From a virus (Duplodnaviria; Heunggongvirae; Uroviricota; Caudoviricetes): DNA of 43,555 bases. The notes under the pieces are model-generated. The model searched no databases, was not told the DNA's origin, and saw only the letters and a program-made list of their open reading frames with translations. Made by a program: the position numbers and the translations under genes. The DNA lies in the IMG/VR virus record IMGVR_UViG_2563366965_000004. The stretch is one strand, 5' to 3'. Positions 1-9,655 of the stretch are shown here, one piece after another. The number at the start of each line of letters is the position of its first letter. Within the stretch, counting starts at the first letter, position 1.

Positions 1-1194
1 ATGATCACCGACACAAAGCTCAGGAAGGCGCTCGGCAAGAAAAGAGATGATATCGAGATTATTTCTGATTCGCACGGGCTCAACGCCAGAATCAGCCAGG
101 CCGGAAAAATATCATTTTTCTATCGGTATCGCTGGGCCGGTAAAGCGGTAAAACTCAATGTTGGTGATTATCCTGCAATGAGTATCACCCAGGCAAGAGA
201 GCGTCGCCAACAATTCAGAAACTGGTTAACTGAGGGACTGGATCCGCGAGAGCAGGTGAAGCTGGATAAGCAGACCCGACAGGAAGCGATGTCCGTTGCC
301 GAAGCGTTCAATTACTGGATTGAAAGGCACTGTATCGCTAACGGGCTAGTTAAAGTCGATTACTATCGCCAGGTGTTTGAGAAACATATCGCCGAACCGA
401 TGAAGAATGTCAAAGTCGATAACACAGCGAAAATGCACTGGATCAACGTCTTCGATTCTATAGAAAGCAGGGTGATGGCTCATTACATGCTTTCGCTGTG
501 CAAACGGGCGTTTAGGTTCTGCGTTAACAGAAGTGTGATCGCCTCAAACCCACTCGAGGGATTACTGCCATCTGATGTCGGGCAAAAGCCTAAAAAGAGA
601 ACTCGCAGGATGGACGATGACGATCTGCGCAAAATCTATCAGTGGTTGAAAAGCCATATGTCGATAGAGTCCGTTTTCCTGGTGAAATTTATTATGCTTA
701 CCGGATGCCGTACGGCTGAGATTCGACTTAGTGAGAGATCATGGTTTCGATTGGATGATAATGAGTGGGTCGTGCCTGCGGGCAGTTATAAAACTCGGGT
801 ACATATTAGAAGGGGACTCTCAGACGCCGCCGTTAACCTGGTCAGAAATCACCTCAAGAAAATAAACACCAATCACCTGGTGACTTCACAACGTAAAATT
901 GATGGCGGGATCAAAGATTCGCCCGTTCATTCACCTGTGGCATCCAATTACGCCCGTTCTATTTGGAATGGAACAGGTATGGCAGAGTGGTCGCTTCATG
1001 ATATGAGGCGGACGATAGCCACAAATCTCTCTGAGTTAGGTTGCCCGCCGCACGTAATTGAAAAGCTGCTCGGGCATCAGATGGTGGGGGTTATGGCGCA
1101 TTACAACCTTCATGACTATATCGATGATCAGAAACACTGGCTCCGCGTTTGGCAGAGCCATCTTGAAGAGATCATCGGAGAGCCCTTCAGTTAA
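1..1194 (+). CDS. int: Phage integrase, tyrosine recombinase
   Basis: 397-aa ORF; N-terminal arm-binding-like region ([10 protein letters not shown]) and C-terminal catalytic region (HDMRRT...LLGHQ...MAHY) typical of P4/Rac-type integrases; terminal position in the prophage. Confidence 0.85.
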
Positions 1195-1388
1195 TTTATC
1201 TTCTTTTTATCCTCCCACTCTTTGATTGACTCAGAGCGCCAGCGGTTAGGGTTGCCGGGCCAGTCAGGGGGTGGGAACGGGCATACGAAGCCCCGAGGCA
1301 TTGTGTCTGCACTTTGCCATGACCAAAGGGTTTTGCGTGAAATTTTGTAGCGACTGGTCAGGTCTGACGTTACCAAAATATCATCCAT
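1191..1388 (-). CDS. Putative excisionase / small DNA-binding protein (Xis-like)
   Basis: ATG at 1388 preceded by GGAGAG RBS; 65 aa, basic and Trp-rich; 3' end overlaps the int stop; the track ORF extends to a TTG at 1433. Confidence 0.5.
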
Positions 1389-1429
1389 AGCTCTCTCCAG
1401 TTGCCCGTTCGGGCCATTCAAAATCTTTT

Positions 1430-1672
1430 TCAACCAACCTGCCCGGGCAGGGAGCGGAGACGGCGCATGCCGGTCATCGCTGTGGCCACGTAGCTCGCCT
1501 TTCGGTTCACCACCTCCACCCAGACTTTCACGCCTTCAACCTTCACCGTATAAGTCTCTTTCATCTTGCTTCGCCCATAGTCGCCATATGTTTGCAAGTG
1601 AGCTGCCAGCGCGATGTCGCATGCTTGGCGAGCTAAAGGTGATTGCTTACTTCCTCGATTGATCAGTCGCAT
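1430..1672 (-). CDS. Hypothetical early protein (80 aa)
   Basis: ATG at 1672 with strong AGGAG RBS 6 nt upstream; tightly packed between recT and xis. Confidence 0.5.
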   Translation of the reverse strand: MRLINRGSKQSPLARQACDIALAAHLQTYGDYGRSKMKETYTVKVEGVKVWVEVVNRKASYVATAMTGMRRLRSLPGQVG

Positions 1673-1710
1673 ATAATCTCCTTGAGGGAGGGTTACCCCT
1701 CCCGGTCTCG

Positions 1711-2829
1711 TCAGGCCACGTATTCCGGTTTCATATCCGCCAGGGTGATGCTGAATTGATCGTGCAGTTCATCGCCTAAGTGACGCTTTGAAGATGCAAG
1801 CATGCGCTCGGCTTCAGCGAACCGTTCGGCTGCATGCGGCTCGTCGGGCTGGGGCAGGGATTTAATAGCCTCCTCAACCTTGTTGCGTGCATCCACTAGG
1901 TAATAACGCTTTACGGCTTTGTTTTTCAGCTCGGTGAATAGTGCGGATCCCAGCGTAGCTTTCGCCGTTTCAATGTCGGCACGCAGCGATTTGGCGCTAT
2001 CCACGTCCTGAGCAGATTCGATGCGTTCGCGGAAATCATCGGCAAGAGAGTCGACATTTACCGACGATTCCTGTGCGCTTTGCGTGGTTGTGACGGTGTC
2101 ACCTGAGATATCAGCCAGGCTAACGCGTTGCGGCGTTGGGTTGATCTCTTTTTCTGTGCGCTGTTCAATCTCATCAGGGGTGTACACACCAAGAACAACT
2201 GCAGGGCAATATAGGCGCGCCCAGTATTTGAGTGCCAGATAAGCGATCTGCTGTTTCGGGTTTGATACCCAAAGTGGAGAATTACGTGTGATTACGCTGG
2301 AGAGGAAAACAGGCTCTCCCCAGGTGATATCACTTTCACCGCGAATAACGGCACCTACCCGTACCGACAGTCCTTGTTCATCAGCACTTTCCCAACCGCG
2401 TACCATTTCTTTCTTGTCGTACGTCCCGCCACCTTTCGCAGGCTTTTTAACGGTTATCTCGCGGCTGCTGGCACATTTCGACCAGTCGCCCTCGTACTCA
2501 TAGTGAAAGCGGCCAACGATGGCGTTTGAGCTGGAGATCACCGCATTAACCAGTTGCGCTTCGTATCCCAGGACACCGTTAACCAGGTGCGTCTTTTGCG
2601 CCACGGCGTAAGGGTTCATACCCCACTGCATCGCCTGCATGATGATGGCCATGCAGTCTGCCGGATTGCCGCGGAGGTGCTCAGGCACCGTTACGGCTGC
2701 CTGTGCCATCAACCCGGCGACAGACTGAAGCTGGGTTAAAGCCTGCACGTTGAAAATGGCATTGCTGGCTGAGATCGTGTTTGGAGTCTGCTGTTCAGCG
2801 GTTACGATATTCGTGTTTTCCATCATCAT
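1711..2829 (-). CDS. recT: RecT/Red-beta family single-strand annealing protein
   Basis: 372-aa ORF immediately downstream of the large exonuclease gene (classic recE-recT arrangement); central QWGMNPYA...GVLGYEAQLVNAV segment resembles the RecT/Bet core. Confidence 0.65.
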   Translation of the reverse strand: MMMENTNIVTAEQQTPNTISASNAIFNVQALTQLQSVAGLMAQAAVTVPEHLRGNPADCMAIIMQAMQWGMNPYAVAQKTHLVNGVLGYEAQLVNAVISSSNAIVGRFHYEYEGDWSKCASSREITVKKPAKGGGTYDKKEMVRGWESADEQGLSVRVGAVIRGESDITWGEPVFLSSVITRNSPLWVSNPKQQIAYLALKYWARLYCPAVVLGVYTPDEIEQRTEKEINPTPQRVSLADISGDTVTTTQSAQESSVNVDSLADDFRERIESAQDVDSAKSLRADIETAKATLGSALFTELKNKAVKRYYLVDARNKVEEAIKSLPQPDEPHAAERFAEAERMLASSKRHLGDELHDQFSITLADMKPEYVA

Positions 2830-2834
2830 TCCCC

Positions 2835-5743
2835 TTATGCCTGAGTACGCAGCGCTTCAAGGCGGCGCAGGTCGAAGTCGTTCAGTTCGTCGGTGTAGTC
2901 AGCAGTGATTGGCGCTGGCCATTCACCTGTGTCGAATCCGGTTGCGATATTGCGCATCGCTTTGCGGTACTCGAGCATACCCAGCTCCAGTAGTTCAGCG
3001 GATGCCTCGATGATGGCGATCCAGTGGTAGTTCTCGTCTTTGTTGACGAAAATCCAGAAGAACTGATCCAGCGCTGCGGTTTCGCAGTACATAGCCGCGC
3101 TCAGGTGATAATCACGTTCAATAATTTCCCGGTGTAGCCTGGCGCGCAGGCTTTCCTGCTTAACATTCCACATGCTGATGGTTTTCAGGTCTGCACCTAT
3201 ACGCACGCCATCCAGGTCGATCTCAAGGTCAGGGCGCACACGAACTTCCAAGCCCGTCTCCTCGTCAAAACCAAAGTAGCTCACCTCAACGGCTCGGCTA
3301 GGGTGGGTCAGCAGCATGCCGGCGGTCGGGTGTGCCAGAAGCGCTTTTTGAATATTCAGCGCGGTGCTCAGCTGCTGGCGGGTGACCAGCACTTTTCCTT
3401 CCGGGTTATCGCGCCAGGCATCCAGCAGTTCGTCGGCAAATACGGCATCTGGTTTGACTGCCTTCACGGCCTGGATCATGTCTGCTTTGGTACCGGACAC
3501 TTTCAGTGGTGCCGGTTTCTGAGCTTCCTGAGCCACAAGGTCAGGGTTGATGATTGCCAACTGCTCCAGTAGCGCGTCACGGCTGCCGCTGGTTTTAACC
3601 GGCGGCGGCAGGGTGGCGTTGTACTCTTTAATGCATGCCTTCATTGCCGTCGCCGTCTGCTTCTGGTCACCATCAATACGCTGGAAGTCAGCTGGCAGCG
3701 CCATATAGTTCTGTGCCGTTTCTTCCAGGTTAGCGCCAAGCGGAACCTGCGGCGGCAGGGTGGCGTTGTACTCTTCCAGTAACACCTTGATGTCGTCGGC
3801 AGACAGCAGCGCCGGCAGGCTGGCATTGTGCTCATCGATAAAGGCGCGCAGGGTCGCGGCCGTTGTGAATGCGCCTTCCGGAATTACGGGTTCAACGCTA
3901 AATTCTTCATCGAGCTGTTCTGGCTGCAACGCCAGCGCATGTACCAGGTTTCCCATGTCCAGCACTGAGGAGCGCTCTTTGACGATGGTTTTCTCTACGT
4001 GGCGCGCATTGAAGTACATCAGCGAAACGCGCGCATCTTTTACCTGGGTGGAACTGATGCCGTTGGCAGCGTGGTAAACCTCGTTCGGCAGACCTTCATA
4101 GCGCCCAGGCTCGAAGTAATCGGGGTAAAAAACAGCTTGTTCGTCAGATTGCGCCTCTGGCTCGACGTGTGCCAAAACTGGTTCAGTCTGGTTTACAGAA
4201 TCGCTATTTTGAGCGACAGATTCCGTATTTTGGTTTACATCGGCCTGCTGGCCGGGATGTGACTCTTCACCAGTTTCCAGACTGCTTTCGCCTGACTGCA
4301 TTTCATTACCAACATTTTTTTCATCACTGACAGTTTCTTGAACCTGCACATTGCTGGTGGTTTCCGTAGCCTGTTTCGTGCCATGAGTTGCTGAGTTCTG
4401 CAGTAAAGCCGTAACATCGAATATTCCGTTGCCGACATTTTTAACCAGTTCTTGTTCGGCTTTATGTGGTTGTGCTGTCGCTTCCTCTGCGCGGCGGCGT
4501 GCTTCTTCTTCACGTACGCGTTGCAGGTTCTCTTCGTGAGTGCAGAAGGGTTTGCGTGGAGACTCCTTACTTTCAGGTTGGGGAATTTCCTGTGTTGCGG
4601 GCTCAGCTTCATGCAATGGCAATAACTCAACAGCAGCATTAAACGCAGCAGTCATGGTCCGGTTAACAAACTCCAGGTGAGCGACAGGAGTTAGATGAAT
4701 ATTTTCCGGCGCGATACGTATCAGGTTAAAAATAGCTGTGCGGTTAACGCCAAGAACGCCGGGTTGATTGCGCAGAATGCTGCTCCATGATTTCCACGGT
4801 TCTTCTTTTTTGGTCACGATTTCTTTAGCGCGACGAAGAATGCTGCCCGGGATCTCGAAGTGGTTGAAGTCCATAGGCAGAAGGGCACATGCAATCTCTA
4901 AATCTAGAGTGTCAAGGGTATGGTATGTATCAGGTCCACGGTCAGTGACGTAACCGCCGTTGGCATTGGTTCCGGAATCAGTACGCTGAACACTACTGAT
5001 GTGATTACCGGCAGCCCATTCACGCGCCAGGATGCCACGGTCAATGTAATCAGTAGCCGCCCACATTCTGGTGAAACGGAGTACCAGCGCGAGTTCGTGA
5101 CGCTTGTCCTGGCTGAACACTTTGCGAATGGCATCGGTGTAGCGCCACAGGTCTTTGGTGTCGTAACCCTTCACTTCCGGGCAGTTCTCAGCAGCTAACA
5201 GCAAGTTCTGGACGTAACTGTTATCAGTGTCCATCTCCAGCGCGCCGATAGCTTCGTACTCTTCGCGGGTTACGTGGTGGCGCAGTTCGTCGGCGGTGAA
5301 CTGGGAAAGCAGTTGCTTACGAAACGGCATCTGCACTACCGGGTAGAGGGTTGAGTCGTCGTCGTGTTCGTCCAGCGTGATGCCAGCGGTTTCTGGCAGC
5401 GTTGACTCAGTAGTTATGTGACTATCAACGGTCTGAGCCGTTTTCTCGTCAGAGTTTTCAGCTGTGACTTTTGGCAGCCAGGTGCGGTCATCGTTCTGCA
5501 GTTCGTAGCGTTCGCACCAGGTGTAATCCACTGCGCCTTCTTCCGGCAGGTCGTCATATACCGGGAAATCGGTGCGGATTGGTTTGGCATAATCTTTACC
5601 GCGGCCAGTTTCTTCAATTCCGGCTTCTTCCAGTGCCACATCGAGTTGGAGATTGGCGCGCGCTACACTTTTCGCAGTGAACCAAATCACTGCATCTTTC
5701 TTGCCAGACTTCTGACTGGCTTTTATCAGATGGAAAAATTCCA
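2835..5743 (-). CDS. recE: RecE-like exodeoxyribonuclease VIII
   Basis: Large ORF with a long acidic/low-complexity N-terminal region and a C-terminal nuclease-like domain; likely start is the ATG at 5743 (GAGGA RBS) rather than the track start at 5849. Confidence 0.65.
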
Positions 5744-5882
5744 TGTGAGATCCTCTTTTTTGAGTGTTAGAATCCCCGGGCCAGAGATAGCGCCCATTGG
5801 ATGTTTTTTGGTTTGGTATAAATTCCGGTGTAACTTTGGTCGGTGGCACCGGACGTGAATCCCGCCTTGCGCGGGTTTTACG

Positions 5883-6044
5883 TTAGCCTTCGTGAGCCAT
5901 CTGGTCGTGCGAAGCGCAACGTACTGAACAGTAATCACGTTGCTCGCGTTTCAACTGCGTGCCGTGGATAAAGAGCAGTTCGTTTTTAACTTCCTTCCCT
6001 TGCTTGATCGGCTTGCGGCAGTACGCGCATTTTTTCTCCTGCAT
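5883..6044 (-). CDS. Small Cys-rich zinc-ribbon-like protein (53 aa)
   Basis: Untracked ORF MQEKKCAYCRKPIKQ...CSVRCASHDQMAHEG with CxxC...CxxxC; GGAG RBS; position corresponds to the small zinc-binding gene next to recE in Rac-type prophages. Confidence 0.4.
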   Translation of the reverse strand: MQEKKCAYCRKPIKQGKEVKNELLFIHGTQLKREQRDYCSVRCASHDQMAHEG

Positions 6045-6055
6045 AACTCACTCCG

Positions 6056-6262
6056 TTAATGGCTAAGGCCATGTCCTAAACCGTTTAGATAAACCTCAAC
6101 CAGCAAATCTTTGGTGTAGGTACGTTCGATGCCACGGTGAAGATACAGGCGACCGCGTGCGTTAGCAGATGCGGTCCAGGTTGAGTCTTTGTGTTTTACA
6201 AGCATCCCCGGCTGAACTGCGCCGCGGTTTACTGTCTGTGTACCGTAGTGCTGATGAACCAT
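6056..6262 (-). CDS. Hypothetical small early protein (68 aa; possibly Kil-like)
   Basis: ATG at 6262 with GGAG RBS (spacer 6); the track ORF to 6406 starts at TTG; stop lies 12 nt before the next gene. Confidence 0.35.
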   Translation of the reverse strand: MVHQHYGTQTVNRGAVQPGMLVKHKDSTWTASANARGRLYLHRGIERTYTKDLLVEVYLNGLGHGLSH

Positions 6263-6694
6263 GATGTTCTCCACTATTGCTGAGTGAACTTCGCTGGTGG
6301 TGCCGTGACGCTGATCTTCACAGTTGAGCGTTTTAACTCTGCAATTCACCACCGCGAAGCTCACTTCTGTGTTTGCCCTTGTCGCCAGGCTGGCGGAACG
6401 TTTCAAACCTACTGCGCGTTAATATCACCACCTCATTCCGGTTTTCGTATGCCCCGGACGGCTACTTCGAGGGCTCCATGCCTGGGTGGTTCGTGGTGCG
6501 TCTTGGTGAGTTAGATTAAATCACTGGTTTATATATATGTCAACTTAAGGTTGGTGTTAATTGTAAATCTGAGGTTTATGTGGCTGGGTTTTGTGACACG
6601 TCTGCAGAATCGCAGGCAAAAAAAATCCCGACGCTAAGGTCGAGATCGGGGACTTCGTGGCTGGGTGTTGGCGGCTGAGATGGTGGGTGAGGGT

Positions 6695-6728
6695 GTAAAA
6701 AACCCGGCGCTGTGGCCGGGTTTTTTCA
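6695..6728. terminator. Bidirectional rho-independent terminator
   Basis: GC stem CCCGGCGC/GCGCCGGG-like hairpin (6703-6720) flanked by an A-run upstream and TTTTTT downstream, so it is functional on both strands; ends the repressor-proximal leftward transcript. Confidence 0.65.
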
Positions 6729-6850
6729 TTACTGCTGGTTAAATCCTTTCGGCGAGTGCTGCTGTTCTTTATTACCAAATTTTTGATTTACAATGATTTT
6801 ATAAGCGTTATTGAGAGCTTGCTTTATAGACATTAATATCTCCTTATGTG

Positions 6851-8155
6851 TTATTGACGATTAAAGTAGTTAGAGTTTAGCTCTTTAGGGAAGTAGTGTT
6901 TACGATTTACCCAAACAAATCCATCAACTTTTGATATCACAGCGACATCAACAGGCCCACCGACAGTTTCATAATCATGTGATACTTTTCTTTTGAATGC
7001 AGTGATGTTCACTAATGATTCGGCCATATACGCAAGATCTGCCTTCCCAAGTGATTGCAACATCGATATCATTTTATTTGTATGGTTATTAACAATATAG
7101 CTTTCAAGTTTAGTATCGTGATCTTGTAAAAGTACGTTTTTGAGTTCCTCAATTTCACTGGAGAAGTGATTGGCTAGTACTCCATTGTTCATTGCAGGGA
7201 AAATATTGCTAGAAACATAATGATTAAGCCGATCAAAAACTTCCTCTGTAAGAGTTCTGTTAAAATTAATGATGTTAGGGTTGCACCCATCAATGAAAGT
7301 TACTACTTCATCTTCTTGAGCAAATGGTATAACAAACCCCATATTGGTTACCTCATTATGGGATTTATCATCAATATTATGGATCATCAATTTGTTTTTA
7401 AAAATGCCGTAGATATGAAGAGTGCAAATGGAAGGGTAATATTCTTCCTCTCCATAACCTGTTATAACAATCCCTGAATATGTACGACTAGCATGGACTT
7501 TGAAAATTAAACAAGTGGAATATAATATGACTTTTTCCATAAGCTCTTGCTGTATATTTTCACAGTTATCAAGAACAATAATTGATGAAATGTATGGCGA
7601 TATTAAATCTTGTATATATGCTAAAGCATCATTAAACTCTTCTGTATCAAACCCTTCGAAAAAGAGATTATTCCTTAAGATTTCTATCTCTAAATCAAAG
7701 GCTTGCTTAACTATGTTTTGAAAAATAACATTGTCGAGTTCAACGGCGGGGTTCATTGTTAAATAGTTTACTACATTATTATCATTAATGTATCTCATCA
7801 AACCTTTGAGGTTATCAACAACAAGGTTTATAACGCAAGCCTCTCTCATTTCATTTGTTATAAGGTCTGAGTTACCATTGATGAATTTTACAAAGTCATT
7901 AACATATTCTTTAATGGTAGGGAAACTAGTTTTCCCCAATTGTTTTCTATAGGATTTAATTATAAGTTCCCACGGTGCGCCACCCAGTGTCGCATTATTA
8001 TAAATCATGATCCCCACGGGATGGTGTTTAGATAGTTCGAATAGTTTTTCCGCACTATTATTTATTTTTACTAATCTATTATGCTCTGTGGTGACTGCAG
8101 AGTCAGCAGCAAGGGCGATTCCAGTATTATTTATTACAACAATCTCAGCTGTCAT
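6851..8155 (-). CDS. Proteasome-beta/HslV-like Ntn-hydrolase fusion protein (434 aa), candidate superinfection-exclusion/defence protein
   Basis: Visibly AT-rich gene; ATG at 8155 (track start 8212 is TTG); N-terminus MTAEIVVINNTGIALAADSAVT matches the HslV/proteasome-beta start ([22 protein letters not shown]) including Thr2 and the Asp; C-terminus GGPVDVAVISKVDGF resembles the beta-subunit GGxVxVxxVxxDG(W/F) motif; about 300 unassigned residues between. Confidence 0.55.
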   Translation of the reverse strand: MTAEIVVINNTGIALAADSAVTTEHNRLVKINNSAEKLFELSKHHPVGIMIYNNATLGGAPWELIIKSYRKQLGKTSFPTIKEYVNDFVKFINGNSDLITNEMREACVINLVVDNLKGLMRYINDNNVVNYLTMNPAVELDNVIFQNIVKQAFDLEIEILRNNLFFEGFDTEEFNDALAYIQDLISPYISSIIVLDNCENIQQELMEKVILYSTCLIFKVHASRTYSGIVITGYGEEEYYPSICTLHIYGIFKNKLMIHNIDDKSHNEVTNMGFVIPFAQEDEVVTFIDGCNPNIINFNRTLTEEVFDRLNHYVSSNIFPAMNNGVLANHFSSEIEELKNVLLQDHDTKLESYIVNNHTNKMISMLQSLGKADLAYMAESLVNITAFKRKVSHDYETVGGPVDVAVISKVDGFVWVNRKHYFPKELNSNYFNRQ

Positions 8156-8297
8156 TGCAAAACATCCCGTGTAGTAGTGATAAATATTAATTAAATTGAT
8201 AGTTTTTTTCAATCTAACATAAATGGCGGAATCACCCCCCCAGTAAAGACATCATTGTCTCATGGGAACTAAAAATTCAGGACAAACCTAAAGCGAT

Positions 8298-8681
8298 TCA
8301 GTCCCCCTGCGAGCGAATCCGCCCCTTCATGTACTTCTCGTACAGCTCATCTAACTCTTTCAGGCGAAGCGCAAAAATGCGGAGCATGTTCTGCTGCTCT
8401 TCTTCCGGTAACTGGCGGTAGAGCTCGAGCAAACGCTGTTCGTCCGGTTTGAGACCGTCTTTCTCTCCAACGTCTTCACCGAGTAGCCAGGCGACAGAAA
8501 TACCAACAGCGTCGGCTATGGCCAGTGCCGATTTCTTACTAATCACGCCTTTTTTGAACCAGCCGTTTACGGCCTGAGGGGTGACTCCAGCTATTCTTGC
8601 CATGTCTGCTTTGGTAACGCCGCGATCAGTGATCTCAGTAAGGCGCTCCACCAGAACGAGGTTGGGTTCTTCTTTTCTCAT
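8298..8681 (-). CDS. Prophage repressor, XRE-family HTH (no S24 peptidase domain)
   Basis: ATG at 8681; 127 aa with HTH (VTKADMARIAGVTPQAVNGWFKKG) and a short coiled C-terminus; divergent from the Cro-like gene; track ORF 8298..8951 is an upstream read-through. Confidence 0.75.
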   Translation of the reverse strand: MRKEEPNLVLVERLTEITDRGVTKADMARIAGVTPQAVNGWFKKGVISKKSALAIADAVGISVAWLLGEDVGEKDGLKPDEQRLLELYRQLPEEEQQNMLRIFALRLKELDELYEKYMKGRIRSQGD

Positions 8682-8783
8682 ATGGTCATTGTAAATATTT
8701 GGTTTATGCACGCAATAAATCCAAAGTTTGCATGAAGTATAAATCTGTGGTTTACTTCTGCTATCAATAAGCAGGAGAAGCAC
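8682..8783. promoter_or_regulatory. Divergent immunity promoter/operator region
   Basis: 102-bp AT-rich spacer between divergent repressor and cro-like starts; repeated TGGTTTA(T/C) motifs (8700-8712 and 8755-8765) are candidate operator half-sites. Confidence 0.4.
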
Positions 8784-9002
8784 ATGTCCGCACTCGATAA
8801 AGCAATTAAAGCCGCTGGCTCTGCCAGAAAGCTCAGCATCGCGCTTGGTGTGACGAGTATGTCTGTAAGTCATTGGAAGAATCGTGACCAAGGGATCGTC
8901 CCGCCAAGCTATATCTTCCCGATTTTCAAAATGACAGGCGTAACCCCCCACGAGCTGCGCCCTGATCTCTATCCAAATCCCACTGACGGATTACCAAAGT
9001 AG
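8784..9002 (+). CDS. Cro-like / YdaS-family HTH regulator
   Basis: 72-aa ORF divergent from the repressor; HTH-like SARKLSIALGVTSMSVSHWKNR. Confidence 0.65.
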   Translation: MSALDKAIKAAGSARKLSIALGVTSMSVSHWKNRDQGIVPPSYIFPIFKMTGVTPHELRPDLYPNPTDGLPK

Positions 9003-9013
9003 GAGCACTGACA

Positions 9014-9571
9014 ATGCAAACACTTTCTTTTCAACAGAATAACAGAGCGCCATCAGAGCACCTGAAATTCCAGTATCAACACAGTGAGGCTGAAGGCCAG
9101 CCGGTCGATCACCGGGCTATCTGTTCTGCCGTCCGCGCCTGGGCGGCGGCAGAGGGCCGCGTGGCGGTCGCTCTGGCGATTAAAGAGGCTGCCGAACAGG
9201 CCGAGCTTGACAGCATTGACATGACCGGCAGCGCCGATGTGTGGAACGTGAAGCTGTTTCGCTGGCTGGACAACCACGAGAAATCACCGGCCTACCGGGC
9301 GAACGTCGAGCAGCTGGCGCCGGTAATAATTTCGGTTCTGCCGCTGGCGTACCGGGATCGCGTGATTAAGCACGACTGCTTTGCGGTTCGTGTCGCCAGG
9401 TCGGTGAAAGAAGACGCTGAGGCGATACAGGCTGTCGTCCTCAAAGCCCCCAGACACGAACGGATGAAGGAAATCAGCGAGAGCATCGTAGCCAAGCTCT
9501 ACCTGGACGGACCTGATTCTGTGGCGCCCATTATGGCGATGGTTACAACGATGCTGGGTGGTGCGCTATGA
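9014..9571 (+). CDS. YdaT-like regulatory protein (CII position)
   Basis: 185 aa directly after the cro-like gene; segment KLFRWLDNHEKSPAYRANVEQLAPVI resembles my recollection of Rac YdaT. Confidence 0.45.
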   Translation: MQTLSFQQNNRAPSEHLKFQYQHSEAEGQPVDHRAICSAVRAWAAAEGRVAVALAIKEAAEQAELDSIDMTGSADVWNVKLFRWLDNHEKSPAYRANVEQLAPVIISVLPLAYRDRVIKHDCFAVRVARSVKEDAEAIQAVVLKAPRHERMKEISESIVAKLYLDGPDSVAPIMAMVTTMLGGAL

Positions 9572-9655
9572 CGGGCTCAGAAATGGCGAAAGCCGCGGTG
9601 CTCGAACACCAACGGCTTTCAGGTGCAAAAACTGTGCGTAATTGCGGAGAACAGT

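Noticed and set aside
5744-5849. N-terminal extension of the recE-like ORF to 5849 (1004 aa)
   Set aside because: The in-frame ATG at 5743 has a GAGGA RBS, whereas the upstream extension crosses the gap toward the next gene without one
6557-6778. 73-aa minus-strand ORF in the control region
   Set aside because: It spans the terminator hairpin, has no RBS and a low-complexity translation; more likely noncoding
8682-8951. Longer 217-aa form of the repressor ORF
   Set aside because: The extension runs into the divergent promoter region and the cro-like gene; the HTH protein begins at the ATG at 8681
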